A stretch of DNA of 64,000 bases, taken from the NCBI GenBank assembly GCA_051882975.1, contig JBJESV010000094.1:4194-68193 (forward strand). The letters run 5' to 3'. Of the stretch, positions 18,616 to 28,309 are shown in pieces. The first letter of the stretch is position 1, and each line of letters starts with the position of its first letter. The position numbers and the translations under genes were made by a program. The notes under the pieces were generated by a model, which was not told where the DNA came from, ran no database searches, and was given only the letters and a program-made list of their open reading frames with translations. This DNA comes from Emergencia sp. (GTDB lineage: Bacteria > Bacillota > Clostridia > Peptostreptococcales > Anaerovoracaceae).

Positions 18616-19020
18616 TTAAATCATTTTCAGATTTTTGGCCACTGTGTAGAGAAATCTCTGTTTCCAGTATTTCCAGAGTTTGTTGGGGTAGGCCCTGCCG
18701 GATGTACGCAGTATCAGATTGCTCAGAATAAAGGACCTGTATTCCTCCGGTACGGCCGAAAGGGCCGACCTTATAGCCGAGATCCGCATATTCAGCACAG
18801 CCATTTCTGCCATGCGGGCATCTGCCGAATATCTCCCCGCCGGACCGTCTGTACTGTCTCTGACGACGGAGCTGCCGCAAGGCTGTACCTCCTCCTGCTG
18901 AAGCTGCTCGAGTCTTGCCTCCATCCTGTTCAGATCCCGGACTGCCCAGATGCTCTGATAATACACTGTGTCCGGCAGGAGGTACTCTCTCAGCAGAGTC
19001 TGCTGCCATTCCCGTCCCAT
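18616..19020 (-). CDS. Phage-type (ArpU/RinA-like) putative transcriptional activator
   Basis: YLLPDTVYYQSIWAVRD...SALSAVPEEYRSFIL...WKQRFLYTVAKNL resembles small sigma-region-4-like regulators of Firmicute phages and mobile elements. Confidence 0.5.
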   Translation of the reverse strand: MGREWQQTLLREYLLPDTVYYQSIWAVRDLNRMEARLEQLQQEEVQPCGSSVVRDSTDGPAGRYSADARMAEMAVLNMRISAIRSALSAVPEEYRSFILSNLILRTSGRAYPNKLWKYWKQRFLYTVAKNLKMI

Positions 19021-19093
19021 ATATTACTTCCTTTCCGAAACCTCAATTATTTTTTACCATAGTTTACAGAAATTGTCAATATATTTTCCGGTA

Positions 19094-20038
19094 TTATTCA
19101 TTCGAAGCCGTTTCTATCTGTTTCTCGCTGTCCTCGCTTTCTGTGGAAGACAGGCACACCCCTGCAATAGTCAGGGCTACACCCACCACGGTATACCATC
19201 CGAAAGGATCACCTGCAAAAACGCATCCGGATATAACGCCTACTGCTGTTACCGAGTTGCTCACGATATTGGTTCCGATCGCTGTCGGCAGTTTTCCCAG
19301 AACAAAGTTGAAAATCAGGTAACATACACAGGAACAGCAGATTCCCAGGAAAAGAACGCCTGCCAGCAGTTTCCCGTCTCTGAAGCATTGCACATAACAG
19401 CTGAATCCGTTTCCCATGGCAAGGCTGATACAGTTGAAAAAGATGCTTCCCATGACGGAGATGCAGAAGGTGATCTCCACCGCATCAAACTGCTCTGCCG
19501 CCCTTGCGCTGGAATAGGTATACAGCGCACCCGTCAGAACCGCTCCCAGAAGAAACAGATATCCGAGACCCTTTCCACCCAGGGAAAACTCAGGCGAAAA
19601 AGCGACGCAGATCACCACCCCTGCAAAGGCCATGATGATTGCGGCAATGGTCCGCGGGCTGCTTTTTTTGTGGAGAAAAAGGATTCCGATGAGAAGAACC
19701 AGCAGCGGAATCGTCGCAATAAAGATTGAAGATTCCGAAGTCGTCGTCAGCTTGACTCCCAGAGTCTCCAGCAGCGCGTAGATGCAGGGCTGCAGGATTC
19801 CCACAAGCAGAACCAGTTTTATGTCTTTGCCTCTGAACTGCACCCGGATTACGCGCAGTGCGGCCAGAATGATAAACAGCAGAGCCGATACCGTCCACCG
19901 CATAGCCAGAAGCTCCATAACGCTCAGTTTTTTCAGCGTGACGCTGGTACCCAGGTAGGACAGCCCCCAGCAAAGCGCACACAAAGGCACCAGCATATAG
20001 ATAAACCATTTCTGATCAGTCAGTTTTTTTCCGTTCAT
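19094..20038 (-). CDS. DMT/EamA-family transporter
   Basis: 10-TM duplicated EamA pattern, LCWGLSY, LETLGVKLTTTSES. Confidence 0.9.
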   Translation of the reverse strand: MNGKKLTDQKWFIYMLVPLCALCWGLSYLGTSVTLKKLSVMELLAMRWTVSALLFIILAALRVIRVQFRGKDIKLVLLVGILQPCIYALLETLGVKLTTTSESSIFIATIPLLVLLIGILFLHKKSSPRTIAAIIMAFAGVVICVAFSPEFSLGGKGLGYLFLLGAVLTGALYTYSSARAAEQFDAVEITFCISVMGSIFFNCISLAMGNGFSCYVQCFRDGKLLAGVLFLGICCSCVCYLIFNFVLGKLPTAIGTNIVSNSVTAVGVISGCVFAGDPFGWYTVVGVALTIAGVCLSSTESEDSEKQIETASNE

Positions 20039-21078
20039 TTGTTTTTTTCAGCCTCCAGGATCCTGATAGTGTCACCGAAAATGCCGTAAGCGGTCTGTTC
20101 GATTCCCGGCGCGTGTTCGATGACCGACAGTCTTCCCATCAGATCCGTCGTGACAGAGACCACAGAGGTGGTACTGTCAATGGAAGCCAGCATGTCGCCC
20201 TTCTCCACCTCCACAGGCTTTACGGAAGCTTCCACACTTCCGTCTTCCTTCAGGCTGCCTCTGCACAGCAGCTTGATGACCTTTCCTCTCTCCGCAGCGC
20301 TGCGGATGTCATCCGCCGTGATGTTTTCTATACCGGTCCGATCCACCATGTCCGGTGTCAGATGGGCATGCATCAGCACATTGAGCAGGGCTGTGACCTT
20401 TGCCGCCGCATCATAGCCCTCTATATCCATAGCTGCATCTTCTTCGATAAATCCCAGCTTTCTGCCGGAAGCTATGATATCATCATATTCTCTTCCTGCA
20501 GCCAGTTCCTCCAGAATATAATTGGTGGTACTGTTGAGAATGCCGGAGATTTCTGTAATCCGGCAGAACTTCAGCGTGTGCTCTGTCAGATTGAAAACCG
20601 GCGTTCCGTCCATGACAGTGGTCTCATAAAAGAACAGACATCCCTGTTTCCGTGCAGTTTCAGAAAGCTCGTCAAAGGCCCAGGCGATGGGTCCTTTATT
20701 GGCTGTAATCACATGCCTGCCCCTGGCAAAAGCCGCCCTGATATGATCGATGGCAGGCTGTCCGGTGGCGATATTCAGCGGTGTCAGCTCGCAGAGAACG
20801 TCGAATTCCCCTTTCTCTATAACCTGAAACCCGTCCATATTGCACAGACCCGGCGTATTCTCTGCAAAATGCCCCAGATGCTCTGCATCAGAGCAGGCTT
20901 TCAGCAGGTCGATGCCTTCCGGATCCACTATGGTTCCCTTTGACCGGGTCACAATGGCGGTGACGCGCACCCCGCGTCCGTAGGTTTCTCTGATTTCCGG
21001 CAGTTTTTCTGTCAGCATCTGTGCAAAGGCACGGCCGGCATTGCCGAATCCCAGCAGTGCAAGTCTCAAATCCTCCAT
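20035..21078 (-). CDS. hom: Homoserine dehydrogenase
   Basis: GFGNAG, HVITANKGPIA, FYETTVMDGTP, GILNSTTNYIL, DIEGYDAAAK. Confidence 0.92.
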   Translation of the reverse strand: MEDLRLALLGFGNAGRAFAQMLTEKLPEIRETYGRGVRVTAIVTRSKGTIVDPEGIDLLKACSDAEHLGHFAENTPGLCNMDGFQVIEKGEFDVLCELTPLNIATGQPAIDHIRAAFARGRHVITANKGPIAWAFDELSETARKQGCLFFYETTVMDGTPVFNLTEHTLKFCRITEISGILNSTTNYILEELAAGREYDDIIASGRKLGFIEEDAAMDIEGYDAAAKVTALLNVLMHAHLTPDMVDRTGIENITADDIRSAAERGKVIKLLCRGSLKEDGSVEASVKPVEVEKGDMLASIDSTTSVVSVTTDLMGRLSVIEHAPGIEQTAYGIFGDTIRILEAEKNK

Positions 21079-21080
21079 GA

Positions 21081-21719
21081 TCAGTATCCTCCAAATCCGT
21101 CATCTTCGTGGAGCAGCGCATGAATACGCTGATTCAGCATATCGAGGGCCACAACGTTGAAGCCGCCCTCCGGAACGATGATATCCGCATTTTTCTTGCT
21201 CGGTTCCACGAACTGCTCGTGCATCAGCTTGACCGTCGTCAGATACTGTGTCACCACAGACTCCAGGGTTCTGCCCCGTTCCTGCACGTCCCGCAGAATA
21301 CGGCGGATGATCCGCACATCCGCGTCCGTATCCACGAACACCTTGATGTCGAACAGATCCAGCAGTTCTTTATTCTCAAAGATCAGGATGCCTTCCACAA
21401 CGATGACCTTGGCAGGACGCACGGTTACCGTCTCCTCCACCCTGTTGTGTATGGTAAAGTCATATACGGGACGCTGAATACTCTTCCACTTTTTCAGCTG
21501 ACGGATATGATCGATCATCAGATCCGTGTCAAATGCGTCGGGATGATCGTAATTGAGGCCGCATCGCTCCTCATAGGTCATCTCGTCATGGGCCTTGTAA
21601 TAGAAATCGTGGCTCAGTATGGTGATCTCGTCATTGAACTGTTTCTTGATATTTGTTATCATGGTACTCTTGCCTGAGCCGGTACCGCCTGCTATTCCGA
21701 TTACGATTACGTTCTTCAT
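21081..21719 (-). CDS. udk: Uridine kinase
   Basis: IGIAGGTGSGKST, NYDHPDAFD, VEGILIF, RRILRDVQERGR. Confidence 0.96.
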   Translation of the reverse strand: MKNVIVIGIAGGTGSGKSTMITNIKKQFNDEITILSHDFYYKAHDEMTYEERCGLNYDHPDAFDTDLMIDHIRQLKKWKSIQRPVYDFTIHNRVEETVTVRPAKVIVVEGILIFENKELLDLFDIKVFVDTDADVRIIRRILRDVQERGRTLESVVTQYLTTVKLMHEQFVEPSKKNADIIVPEGGFNVVALDMLNQRIHALLHEDDGFGGY

Positions 21720-21728
21720 CTCACTGTA

Positions 21729-23393
21729 TTACTCCATATTCCGGTCTTCTTCCGTAACTGCGGATCCGAGAACCAGCGTCGCCTTTGCCAGTTCCTGAAC
21801 GATATTGTTTATGCTGACCAGCTTTTCTTCAGAGATGTTGTTCCCCATGGCCAGATCTGTATTGTACAGAATGCTCTCGATATCGCGGTGGATGTCGGAA
21901 ATTCTGCGGCGCACCTCCTGGATCTCCTCGTCCCTGACGCCTTCTGCTTCTGCCTCTTCGTAGTTGAGCAGAGCTGCAGTTTCCATATCCAGCTCGTATT
22001 CTGAATTGCCCAGGATCACAACCGGCTCGTAGCCCAGCTTGTCGTGGATCAGTTTTCCGAAGTCCTTCTTGGAATCTTCTTCTCCGTGAACCAGGAATAC
22101 CTGTTTCGGCTTCTGTCTGAATCCCGCCAGCCATGCAAAGAGGCCGTTCTGATCAGCATGTCCGGAAAAGCCTTCCAGGTTGTATATCTCGGCATTGACG
22201 TGGACTTCCTCTCCGAAGAGGGTCACATCCTTTGCGCCTTCCACCAGGAGTTTACCCAGGGTTCCTTCTGCCTGATATCCGACAAAGATCACACTGGATT
22301 TCGGATCCCACAGGTTGTGCTTCAGATGATGGCGTATTCTTCCCGCTTCACACATGCCGCTGGCCGAAATGATGACCTTCGGACTGCGGTCCATGTTCAG
22401 TGCCTGGGATTCGGCTGTAGTTCTTGTGAACTTCAGATTTTTGAAATCCAGCGGGTTGTCGCCGCGGAGTATATAGTCCCTGGTCTCATCGTCAAAGACC
22501 TGCGCGTTTTTCCTGAACACTTCTGTGGCGGTGGTTGCCATCGGGCTGTCCACATATACCATCAGCTTGTCCAGTTCTTCCTTGTATTCGCTGTGTTCTT
22601 CATAGAACTTGTTGAATTCGAAAATCAGCTCCTGTGTTCTTCCGACCGCAAAGGAAGGAATGACTACGGTCCCGCCTCTTCTTGCGGTTTTCAGCACGAT
22701 GTCCAGCAGCTGCCTGATACTGGTGGAGTTCTCCGGATGATTTCTGTTTCCGTAAGTGGTCTCCATGATAACATAGTCCGCCTTTTTGATGATGGTCGGG
22801 TCCCGCAGAATCGGACGGTTCATCATGCCCAGATCTCCCGAAAAGACGATTTTGGACTCCTTGTCCCCTTCTCTGACCCACAGCTCTGTAATCGCCGATC
22901 CAAGGATATGTCCCGCATCATTGAACACGATCTTCATGTCCTCGTTGATCTGGATCTGCTGGTCGTAAAGGATAGGCTCCACATACTTCAGTGTCTCCAC
23001 AGCATCCTTATATGTATAGAGAGGTTCTACCGGCGGTTTTCCGGCGCGCTCGGCCTTGCGGCTCTTCCATTCAGCATCCTTCTCATGGATGAATCCGCTG
23101 TCTTTCAGCATGACATCCAGGAGATCCGCCGTGGCATCGGTGCAGTAGATCTTTCCCGTGAAGCCCCTCTTCACAAGAAGAGGAAGCCTGCCGCAGTGAT
23201 CTATATGCGCATGGCTCAGAATCACACATTCCACCTCGGAAGGCTCAAACGGAAACGGCTCATAGTTAAGCGCATCCTGTGCCTTCCCCCCCTGGAACTG
23301 TCCGCAGTCCAGCAATACCTTGTGGTTCTCTGTCATCAGAAGATGGCAGGATCCGGTTACGCCTGAAGACGCACCGCAAAATTTAATCTTCAT
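21729..23393 (-). CDS. MBL-fold beta-CASP ribonuclease-family protein
   Basis: VTGSCH, LSHAHIDHCG, DAGHILGS, FSGDLG, SASGMCEAGRI, FSGHAD. Confidence 0.92.
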   Translation of the reverse strand: MKIKFCGASSGVTGSCHLLMTENHKVLLDCGQFQGGKAQDALNYEPFPFEPSEVECVILSHAHIDHCGRLPLLVKRGFTGKIYCTDATADLLDVMLKDSGFIHEKDAEWKSRKAERAGKPPVEPLYTYKDAVETLKYVEPILYDQQIQINEDMKIVFNDAGHILGSAITELWVREGDKESKIVFSGDLGMMNRPILRDPTIIKKADYVIMETTYGNRNHPENSTSIRQLLDIVLKTARRGGTVVIPSFAVGRTQELIFEFNKFYEEHSEYKEELDKLMVYVDSPMATTATEVFRKNAQVFDDETRDYILRGDNPLDFKNLKFTRTTAESQALNMDRSPKVIISASGMCEAGRIRHHLKHNLWDPKSSVIFVGYQAEGTLGKLLVEGAKDVTLFGEEVHVNAEIYNLEGFSGHADQNGLFAWLAGFRQKPKQVFLVHGEEDSKKDFGKLIHDKLGYEPVVILGNSEYELDMETAALLNYEEAEAEGVRDEEIQEVRRRISDIHRDIESILYNTDLAMGNNISEEKLVSINNIVQELAKATLVLGSAVTEEDRNME

Positions 23394-23406
23394 ATTCCCT
23401 CCACTG

Positions 23407-23964
23407 TTAAATTTTCATACTCCAAAGATCTGCTTCTCCTGTGGATACCACCGTTGCTCCGGCATCCAGAGCCGCACGGACTTCGTCCATGGTCTCAACG
23501 ATACCGCCTGCTATGATCGGCATATCCACCTTTTCCGAAAACTCCCTGATCTTCTTGGTGATGATACCAGGCATGATCTCGATGATGTCCGGTTTGGAAA
23601 TCTTGATTGATTCTACAGACGTTCCCACAGAATGGGAATCCACCATGAAGAACCGCTGCACCGTGATCAGGTCGAATTCCTTGGCGGCTCTGACAATGTT
23701 GGTGCGGGTTGTCAGAACGCCGTCCACGCCCTGTTTGGCCAGAAATTCCAGGCCGGCGCGGTCTTTGCCGATGCCCTCTGCAAAATCGACATGAATAAAG
23801 GCCTTCTTTCCGGCACTGTGTATTTCCTTGACACACTGATTCACCGTCATGATGCTGGAATGAAGCAGAAACACCATATCCACATCTGACCGCAGCGCCG
23901 TACTGAAGTCCTTTTCCGTTCTGATTGCAGCAGCAATCGGTTTTTTCATGAAATCTACAACCAT
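23407..23964 (-). CDS. glpP: Glycerol-3-phosphate-responsive antiterminator, GlpP family
   Basis: FIHVDFAEGIG, GVLTTR, TVQRFFMVDS, IEIMPG, PIIAGGIV. Confidence 0.85.
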   Translation of the reverse strand: MVVDFMKKPIAAAIRTEKDFSTALRSDVDMVFLLHSSIMTVNQCVKEIHSAGKKAFIHVDFAEGIGKDRAGLEFLAKQGVDGVLTTRTNIVRAAKEFDLITVQRFFMVDSHSVGTSVESIKISKPDIIEIMPGIITKKIREFSEKVDMPIIAGGIVETMDEVRAALDAGATVVSTGEADLWSMKI

Positions 23965-24085
23965 ATTTTCTCTCCTCTTCTCTCACATGGGGTATATTCA
24001 TATATTATTATAATACTTTCAAGGCCTGTTTACAATAAAATACGCTGAGATTTGTGAAAGTTCACTTGTCTCAGCGTGCTCTTCT

Positions 24086-24868
24086 CTATTGGTTTTCATC
24101 TTCTCCGTGGAAGTCCGATCCCTTTGTGATGTGCAGATGATATCTGGCTGCAAGGTTCACCAGCTTCATCGCCGCCTCCTCGTCAGCAGACGGATGATAG
24201 CACTCCAGCCCCTTCAGCCCCTGTTTCTTCAGACTGCGCACAAGCCTGTCAAGGGAGTTCCAGAATTCATCGCTTCCCGGCGTGCCCAGCTTTCTGATCT
24301 TCATAGGATGAGCCAGCACCGCGATACCGCCCGCGCCTTTTATCAGGTCCATGGCAGAGACAGTATCGATCTTATCCTTCTTCACAGTGTCCAGCACCTC
24401 CCAGAGATCCGGTATCTCATAACCTCTGCGCTTCAGTGCCCGCGCGAAATCAGGCTTGCCGATATAGGTCTGGTTCGGCCGCTTGGCCATCTCCTCCCAG
24501 GTCAGTTCGTAACCCAGACTGTTGAGATGATCCAGCAGCTTTTCGTTGCGGAGGCGACGGTCTTCTCTGATCTTCACCAGAGCTTCTGTCAGCTCCGGGT
24601 TTTCCGTATCGATGTGATATCCCAGCATATGCAGTTCAATCTCTTTTTCCTCGAAAGAATACACCGTTGAAAGCTCGATGCCGGGAACGACCTGTATCTT
24701 CAGCGCTTCACCCGCAATGACCGCTTCACTTACACCTTCGACACCGTCATGATCTGTCAGGGCGATGATATCGTATTCCTGCTCGTGGTACATGCGCACC
24801 AGATCCGTCGGTTTCATGGTGCCGTCAGAATACCAGGAATGAATGTGATAGTCCACTTTATAGTCCAT
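24086..24868 (-). CDS. PHP-domain protein
   Basis: DYHIHSWYSDG, IALTDHD, HMLGY, VLAHP, GSDFHG; start trimmed to MDYKVD. Confidence 0.9.
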   Translation of the reverse strand: MDYKVDYHIHSWYSDGTMKPTDLVRMYHEQEYDIIALTDHDGVEGVSEAVIAGEALKIQVVPGIELSTVYSFEEKEIELHMLGYHIDTENPELTEALVKIREDRRLRNEKLLDHLNSLGYELTWEEMAKRPNQTYIGKPDFARALKRRGYEIPDLWEVLDTVKKDKIDTVSAMDLIKGAGGIAVLAHPMKIRKLGTPGSDEFWNSLDRLVRSLKKQGLKGLECYHPSADEEAAMKLVNLAARYHLHITKGSDFHGEDENQ

Positions 24869-25415
24869 AATTACCTCCGTAGAGCAGACCTGCCGCAACC
24901 TCGGCGGCAGCCGGTTCGCCTTTCAGGACCCTGATCAGGCTGAGGGCGAATTCCATGGCCGTTCCCGGTCCCTTGGATGTGATCACATTGCCCGATATGA
25001 CCACATTTCCCTCTCCGTGCTCTGCGCCTGCCAGCTCGTCTTCCATACCGGTGTATATGGTGGCCTGATGTCCTTTCAGAATTCCCGCTCTCGCAAGCAC
25101 CATCGGTGCGGCGCAGATGGCGGCAACAGGTCTGCCGCTTCTGTAGAAGTCTGTAAGTTCCTCATTCAGTTCACGGTGATTGCACAGATTGACCGTTCCC
25201 GGCATCCCTCCCGGCAGAACCAGCATGGCGGCTTTCGCATAATCTCCCTGATGGAACAGAATGTCCGCCTCTACTCCCACACCGTGGGCGCCGTATACCA
25301 TGCGCTCCTCCATGATGGAAACGGTCTTTACCTGGATATCCGCTCTTCTCAGCAGATCCACAGCGGTCAGCGCTTCAATCTCCTCAAAGCCGGTGGCCAG
25401 AAAAACATATACCAT
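24858..25415 (-). CDS. DJ-1/ThiJ/PfpI family protein
   Basis: GFEEIEA, LVLPGGMPG, AAICAAP, TSKGPGTA. Confidence 0.93.
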   Translation of the reverse strand: MVYVFLATGFEEIEALTAVDLLRRADIQVKTVSIMEERMVYGAHGVGVEADILFHQGDYAKAAMLVLPGGMPGTVNLCNHRELNEELTDFYRSGRPVAAICAAPMVLARAGILKGHQATIYTGMEDELAGAEHGEGNVVISGNVITSKGPGTAMEFALSLIRVLKGEPAAAEVAAGLLYGGNYGL

Positions 25416-25456
25416 TTTCGTTCTCCCCCTTGTCTTGAATTCAGTTTAAAATATCA

Positions 25457-26119
25457 TCAGTAGAAAATCCTGTTCGGTCTGGTCAGATGATAGTTGATGT
25501 AGCAAACGATTCCCAGAAGCGCCGCTCCCAGAATCGATGCGAAGATCACATACGTTTTAAAGAAAGGATCCCCCAGCAGGATCACCAGCGTGCTGTCCTC
25601 AGCCAGCGGCATGCCGATCAGCGTATCGTAGAGCCACCTCCTGTAGGAACCGGTGCACCAGCATACGGCGTGAATGACCAGAAGTGCCGCCGCAATGCCC
25701 ATACCGGTATAACTCCGCTTTCGCAGCGCATCCCGGAAACCGTTCCTGTGCAGATAGATGTAGATGGCCAGCGTGATGATCAGGCACAGAAATCCTGCAG
25801 CCAGTTCAATATTAAGGACGCTTTTTATCTTTCCCATAACCTGCTGCTCATCTTCTTCGAAGACAGGATCCCGGTAATTTCCGTTCTTTTCGTACACCTG
25901 GAAAGGCTCGCTGCTGAAAGAGGACCAGTAGGATGCAATCTCTCCTGCAGTTTCGCTGCCTGTGATATTGTACGGTACTTCTCCGATGACCTGGCTGTCA
26001 TTGAAATGGAAAGTATAGGTTGCTGACACCCTTAATACTAAATTGGACGATAATATGGAAATCATCAGCGGCAGAGTCACCGCCAGCACGATGGAACAAA
26101 AATAATTAAACTTATGCAT
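25457..26119 (-). CDS. Integral membrane protein (DUF1461-like)
   Basis: Four TM segments around a soluble loop; ATG at 26119 behind AGGAG. Confidence 0.55.
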   Translation of the reverse strand: MHKFNYFCSIVLAVTLPLMISILSSNLVLRVSATYTFHFNDSQVIGEVPYNITGSETAGEIASYWSSFSSEPFQVYEKNGNYRDPVFEEDEQQVMGKIKSVLNIELAAGFLCLIITLAIYIYLHRNGFRDALRKRSYTGMGIAAALLVIHAVCWCTGSYRRWLYDTLIGMPLAEDSTLVILLGDPFFKTYVIFASILGAALLGIVCYINYHLTRPNRIFY

Positions 26120-26203
26120 AGTTACACTCCTACTCCACATTGAATAAAGGGGATAGGCGGGTCTCCCTGCCTATCCCTGTCTTATGCAGCTATGTAACGG
26201 ATG

Positions 26204-26776
26204 TTACTTTATGATTTCACATACTGCATCAGGTCCGCAGCCTGCTGCATTTCCTTCGTCAGTGTCCAGATGCACTTCTCTTTCGTGCTTTGCACCTGCT
26301 CTGACAAGTACGTTCTCAAATACCAGGCCTCTTTCACCGCCGATTCTGATGCTGACCCAGTCTCCATCCTTCACGCCGGCTTCTGCAGCCTGTTCATCGT
26401 TCAGGTGAACGTGTCTCAGCGCAGCGATAACGCCGTGATCCAGTTCAACCTCTCCGCAAGGGCCGACCAGTCTGCAGCCCGGAGTTCCTTCAAGTTTGCC
26501 GGATTCTCTTACCGGAGCCTTGATGCCGATGGTTCTTGCATCAGTCAGCGCCAGTTCCACCTGTGTCTCCTTGCGGACAGGGCCCAGCACTCTGATACCT
26601 GCCAGCGTTTTCTTAGGGCCGACGATATCAACTTTCTCCTCTGCAGCGAACTGTCCCGGCTGCACCAGCGGCTTGGTCGGAGTCAGCTCATGGCCTTTTC
26701 CGAACAGGATGTCCAGATGTTCCTGGCTCAGATGTACATGCTTATTGGATAAACCGATTTTTACTTCATAACCCAT
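26204..26776 (-). CDS. pduL: Phosphate propanoyl/acetyltransferase, PduL family
   Basis: SNKHVHL, QPGQFA, RVLGPVR, RESGKL, RHVH, HLDTDEGNA. Confidence 0.92.
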   Translation of the reverse strand: MGYEVKIGLSNKHVHLSQEHLDILFGKGHELTPTKPLVQPGQFAAEEKVDIVGPKKTLAGIRVLGPVRKETQVELALTDARTIGIKAPVRESGKLEGTPGCRLVGPCGEVELDHGVIAALRHVHLNDEQAAEAGVKDGDWVSIRIGGERGLVFENVLVRAGAKHEREVHLDTDEGNAAGCGPDAVCEIIK

Positions 26777-26824
26777 AATAAATATATCTCCTTTGCATAA
26801 AAATTAGTAACGATTGTAATGTCT

Positions 26825-27355
26825 TCAGCCTTCCAGATAACTGATATACGGGAGGTTTCTGTATTTCTGGTCATAATCCAGGCCGTATCCGATGACGAAG
26901 AGATCTTCGACAGCAAATCCGATGTAGTCGCCGCTGACATCTGCAGTTCTTCTGGACGGCTTGTCCAGCATCGTGCAGATCCTGACACTGGCAGGATCTC
27001 TGGCCAGGAAGTTGTCCTTCAGATATTTCAGCGTATTGCCTGTATCTATGATATCCTCTATGATCAGCACATGTCTGCCTCTGATATCGATGTCGATATC
27101 CTTCTTGATGACCACATTGCCCGAGCTTACCGTGCCGCTCCCGTAGCTGCTGGCAGAGATAAAGTCGATCTGCGTGTCCAGAGTGATGTGTTTCATCAGT
27201 TCTCCCATGAACATGACGGCCCCTTTCAGTGTGCCGACAAGAACCAGCTCCTCTCCCGCATAATCTCTGGATATCTCTTCACCCAGCTCCTTCGCCCGGT
27301 CCGCAATCTGCTGACCGGTCAGCAGTATTTTTCCTATTACAGCCTGATTTGCCAT
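26825..27355 (-). CDS. hpt: Hypoxanthine phosphoribosyltransferase
   Basis: VLIIEDIIDTGNT, FVIGYGLDY, YRNLPYI. Confidence 0.96.
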   Translation of the reverse strand: MANQAVIGKILLTGQQIADRAKELGEEISRDYAGEELVLVGTLKGAVMFMGELMKHITLDTQIDFISASSYGSGTVSSGNVVIKKDIDIDIRGRHVLIIEDIIDTGNTLKYLKDNFLARDPASVRICTMLDKPSRRTADVSGDYIGFAVEDLFVIGYGLDYDQKYRNLPYISYLEG

Positions 27356-27357
27356 GT

Positions 27358-27708
27358 CTACTCCTTATTCTTCTGTGTGTCTTCCTTTGTGTCATCTTCT
27401 ACATCAAATTCTACACCCTCCACAAAGGTTTTGTCACGAAATTTTTTAGATAAATCTTCAGCTTTTTCACCCAGCCAGTAGGAATCCAGCTCATCCTTCA
27501 GATGCCACAGGATATAGACCCATATGATCAGATCATCCAGGAAGCCGAAGGGAAACAGAATCGGCGGAATCAGATCAACCGGGAGGAACAGGTACACGAT
27601 TCCGAAAACCACCAGCGCCTTTTTGCGCAGAGGAACCGTCCTGTCCCGAAGCAGACTGGTTATGGCTGCGATTCTCTTTAAAATTACTCTGAAACTTATG
27701 AACTGCAT
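27358..27708 (-). CDS. YkvA/DUF1232-family membrane protein
   Basis: YLFLPVDLIP...GFLDD motif. Confidence 0.85.
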   Translation of the reverse strand: MQFISFRVILKRIAAITSLLRDRTVPLRKKALVVFGIVYLFLPVDLIPPILFPFGFLDDLIIWVYILWHLKDELDSYWLGEKAEDLSKKFRDKTFVEGVEFDVEDDTKEDTQKNKE

Positions 27709-28296
27709 TTAATCCTCCAGCATAGCTTCAAGCTCTGCGGCCAGCTGCTCCCAGCCGGTCTTCTTCAGTGCGGAAACGGGTATGACCTTATCCTCAGGGG
27801 ACAGCTCCAGTGTCTTTCTGATTACAGAGATGTTCTTTGCCGCCTCGTTTTTCGAAACTTTATCCGCTTTGGTCGCCACTACGATTCCGTCCAGGCCGTA
27901 ATGACGCAGGTACTCATACATCTGGACGTCCTGCGCTGTCGGCTTGTGACGGATATCCACCAGCTGAACCACTTTCTTCAGCCCTTCGCGCTTCTGGAAA
28001 TAAGTCTCCATCATCGCGCCCCAGTTTTCGGTCACGGACCGGGATACTTTTGCATAGCCGTAGCCCGGCAGGTCAACAATGCGGAAGGCATCGTTGATCA
28101 GGTAGAAGTTGATCGTCCGGGTCTTTCCGGGATTCCCGCTGACCCTGGCAAGTTTCCGCCTGCCGGTCAGAAGATTCAGCAGGGAGGACTTCCCCACGTT
28201 GGATCTTCCGGCAAAAGCGATTTCCGGAAGGGTGTCCGGCGGATACTGGGCCGGTTTCACCGCTACCGCTTCCAGTTCAGATTTTGTGATTTTCAT
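27709..28296 (-). CDS. yihA: Ribosome biogenesis GTPase YihA/YsxC (EngB)
   Basis: GRSNVGKSS, PGKTR, DLPGYG, TKADK. Confidence 0.97.
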   Translation of the reverse strand: MKITKSELEAVAVKPAQYPPDTLPEIAFAGRSNVGKSSLLNLLTGRRKLARVSGNPGKTRTINFYLINDAFRIVDLPGYGYAKVSRSVTENWGAMMETYFQKREGLKKVVQLVDIRHKPTAQDVQMYEYLRHYGLDGIVVATKADKVSKNEAAKNISVIRKTLELSPEDKVIPVSALKKTGWEQLAAELEAMLED

Positions 28297-28309
28297 GAAG
28301 TCACCTGCT

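Noticed and set aside
12079-19020. Reading the CpaF/VirB11-like ATPase locus as a conjugative T4SS or ICE
   Set aside because: No VirB4, VirD4, relaxase, integrase or att repeats in or around the locus.
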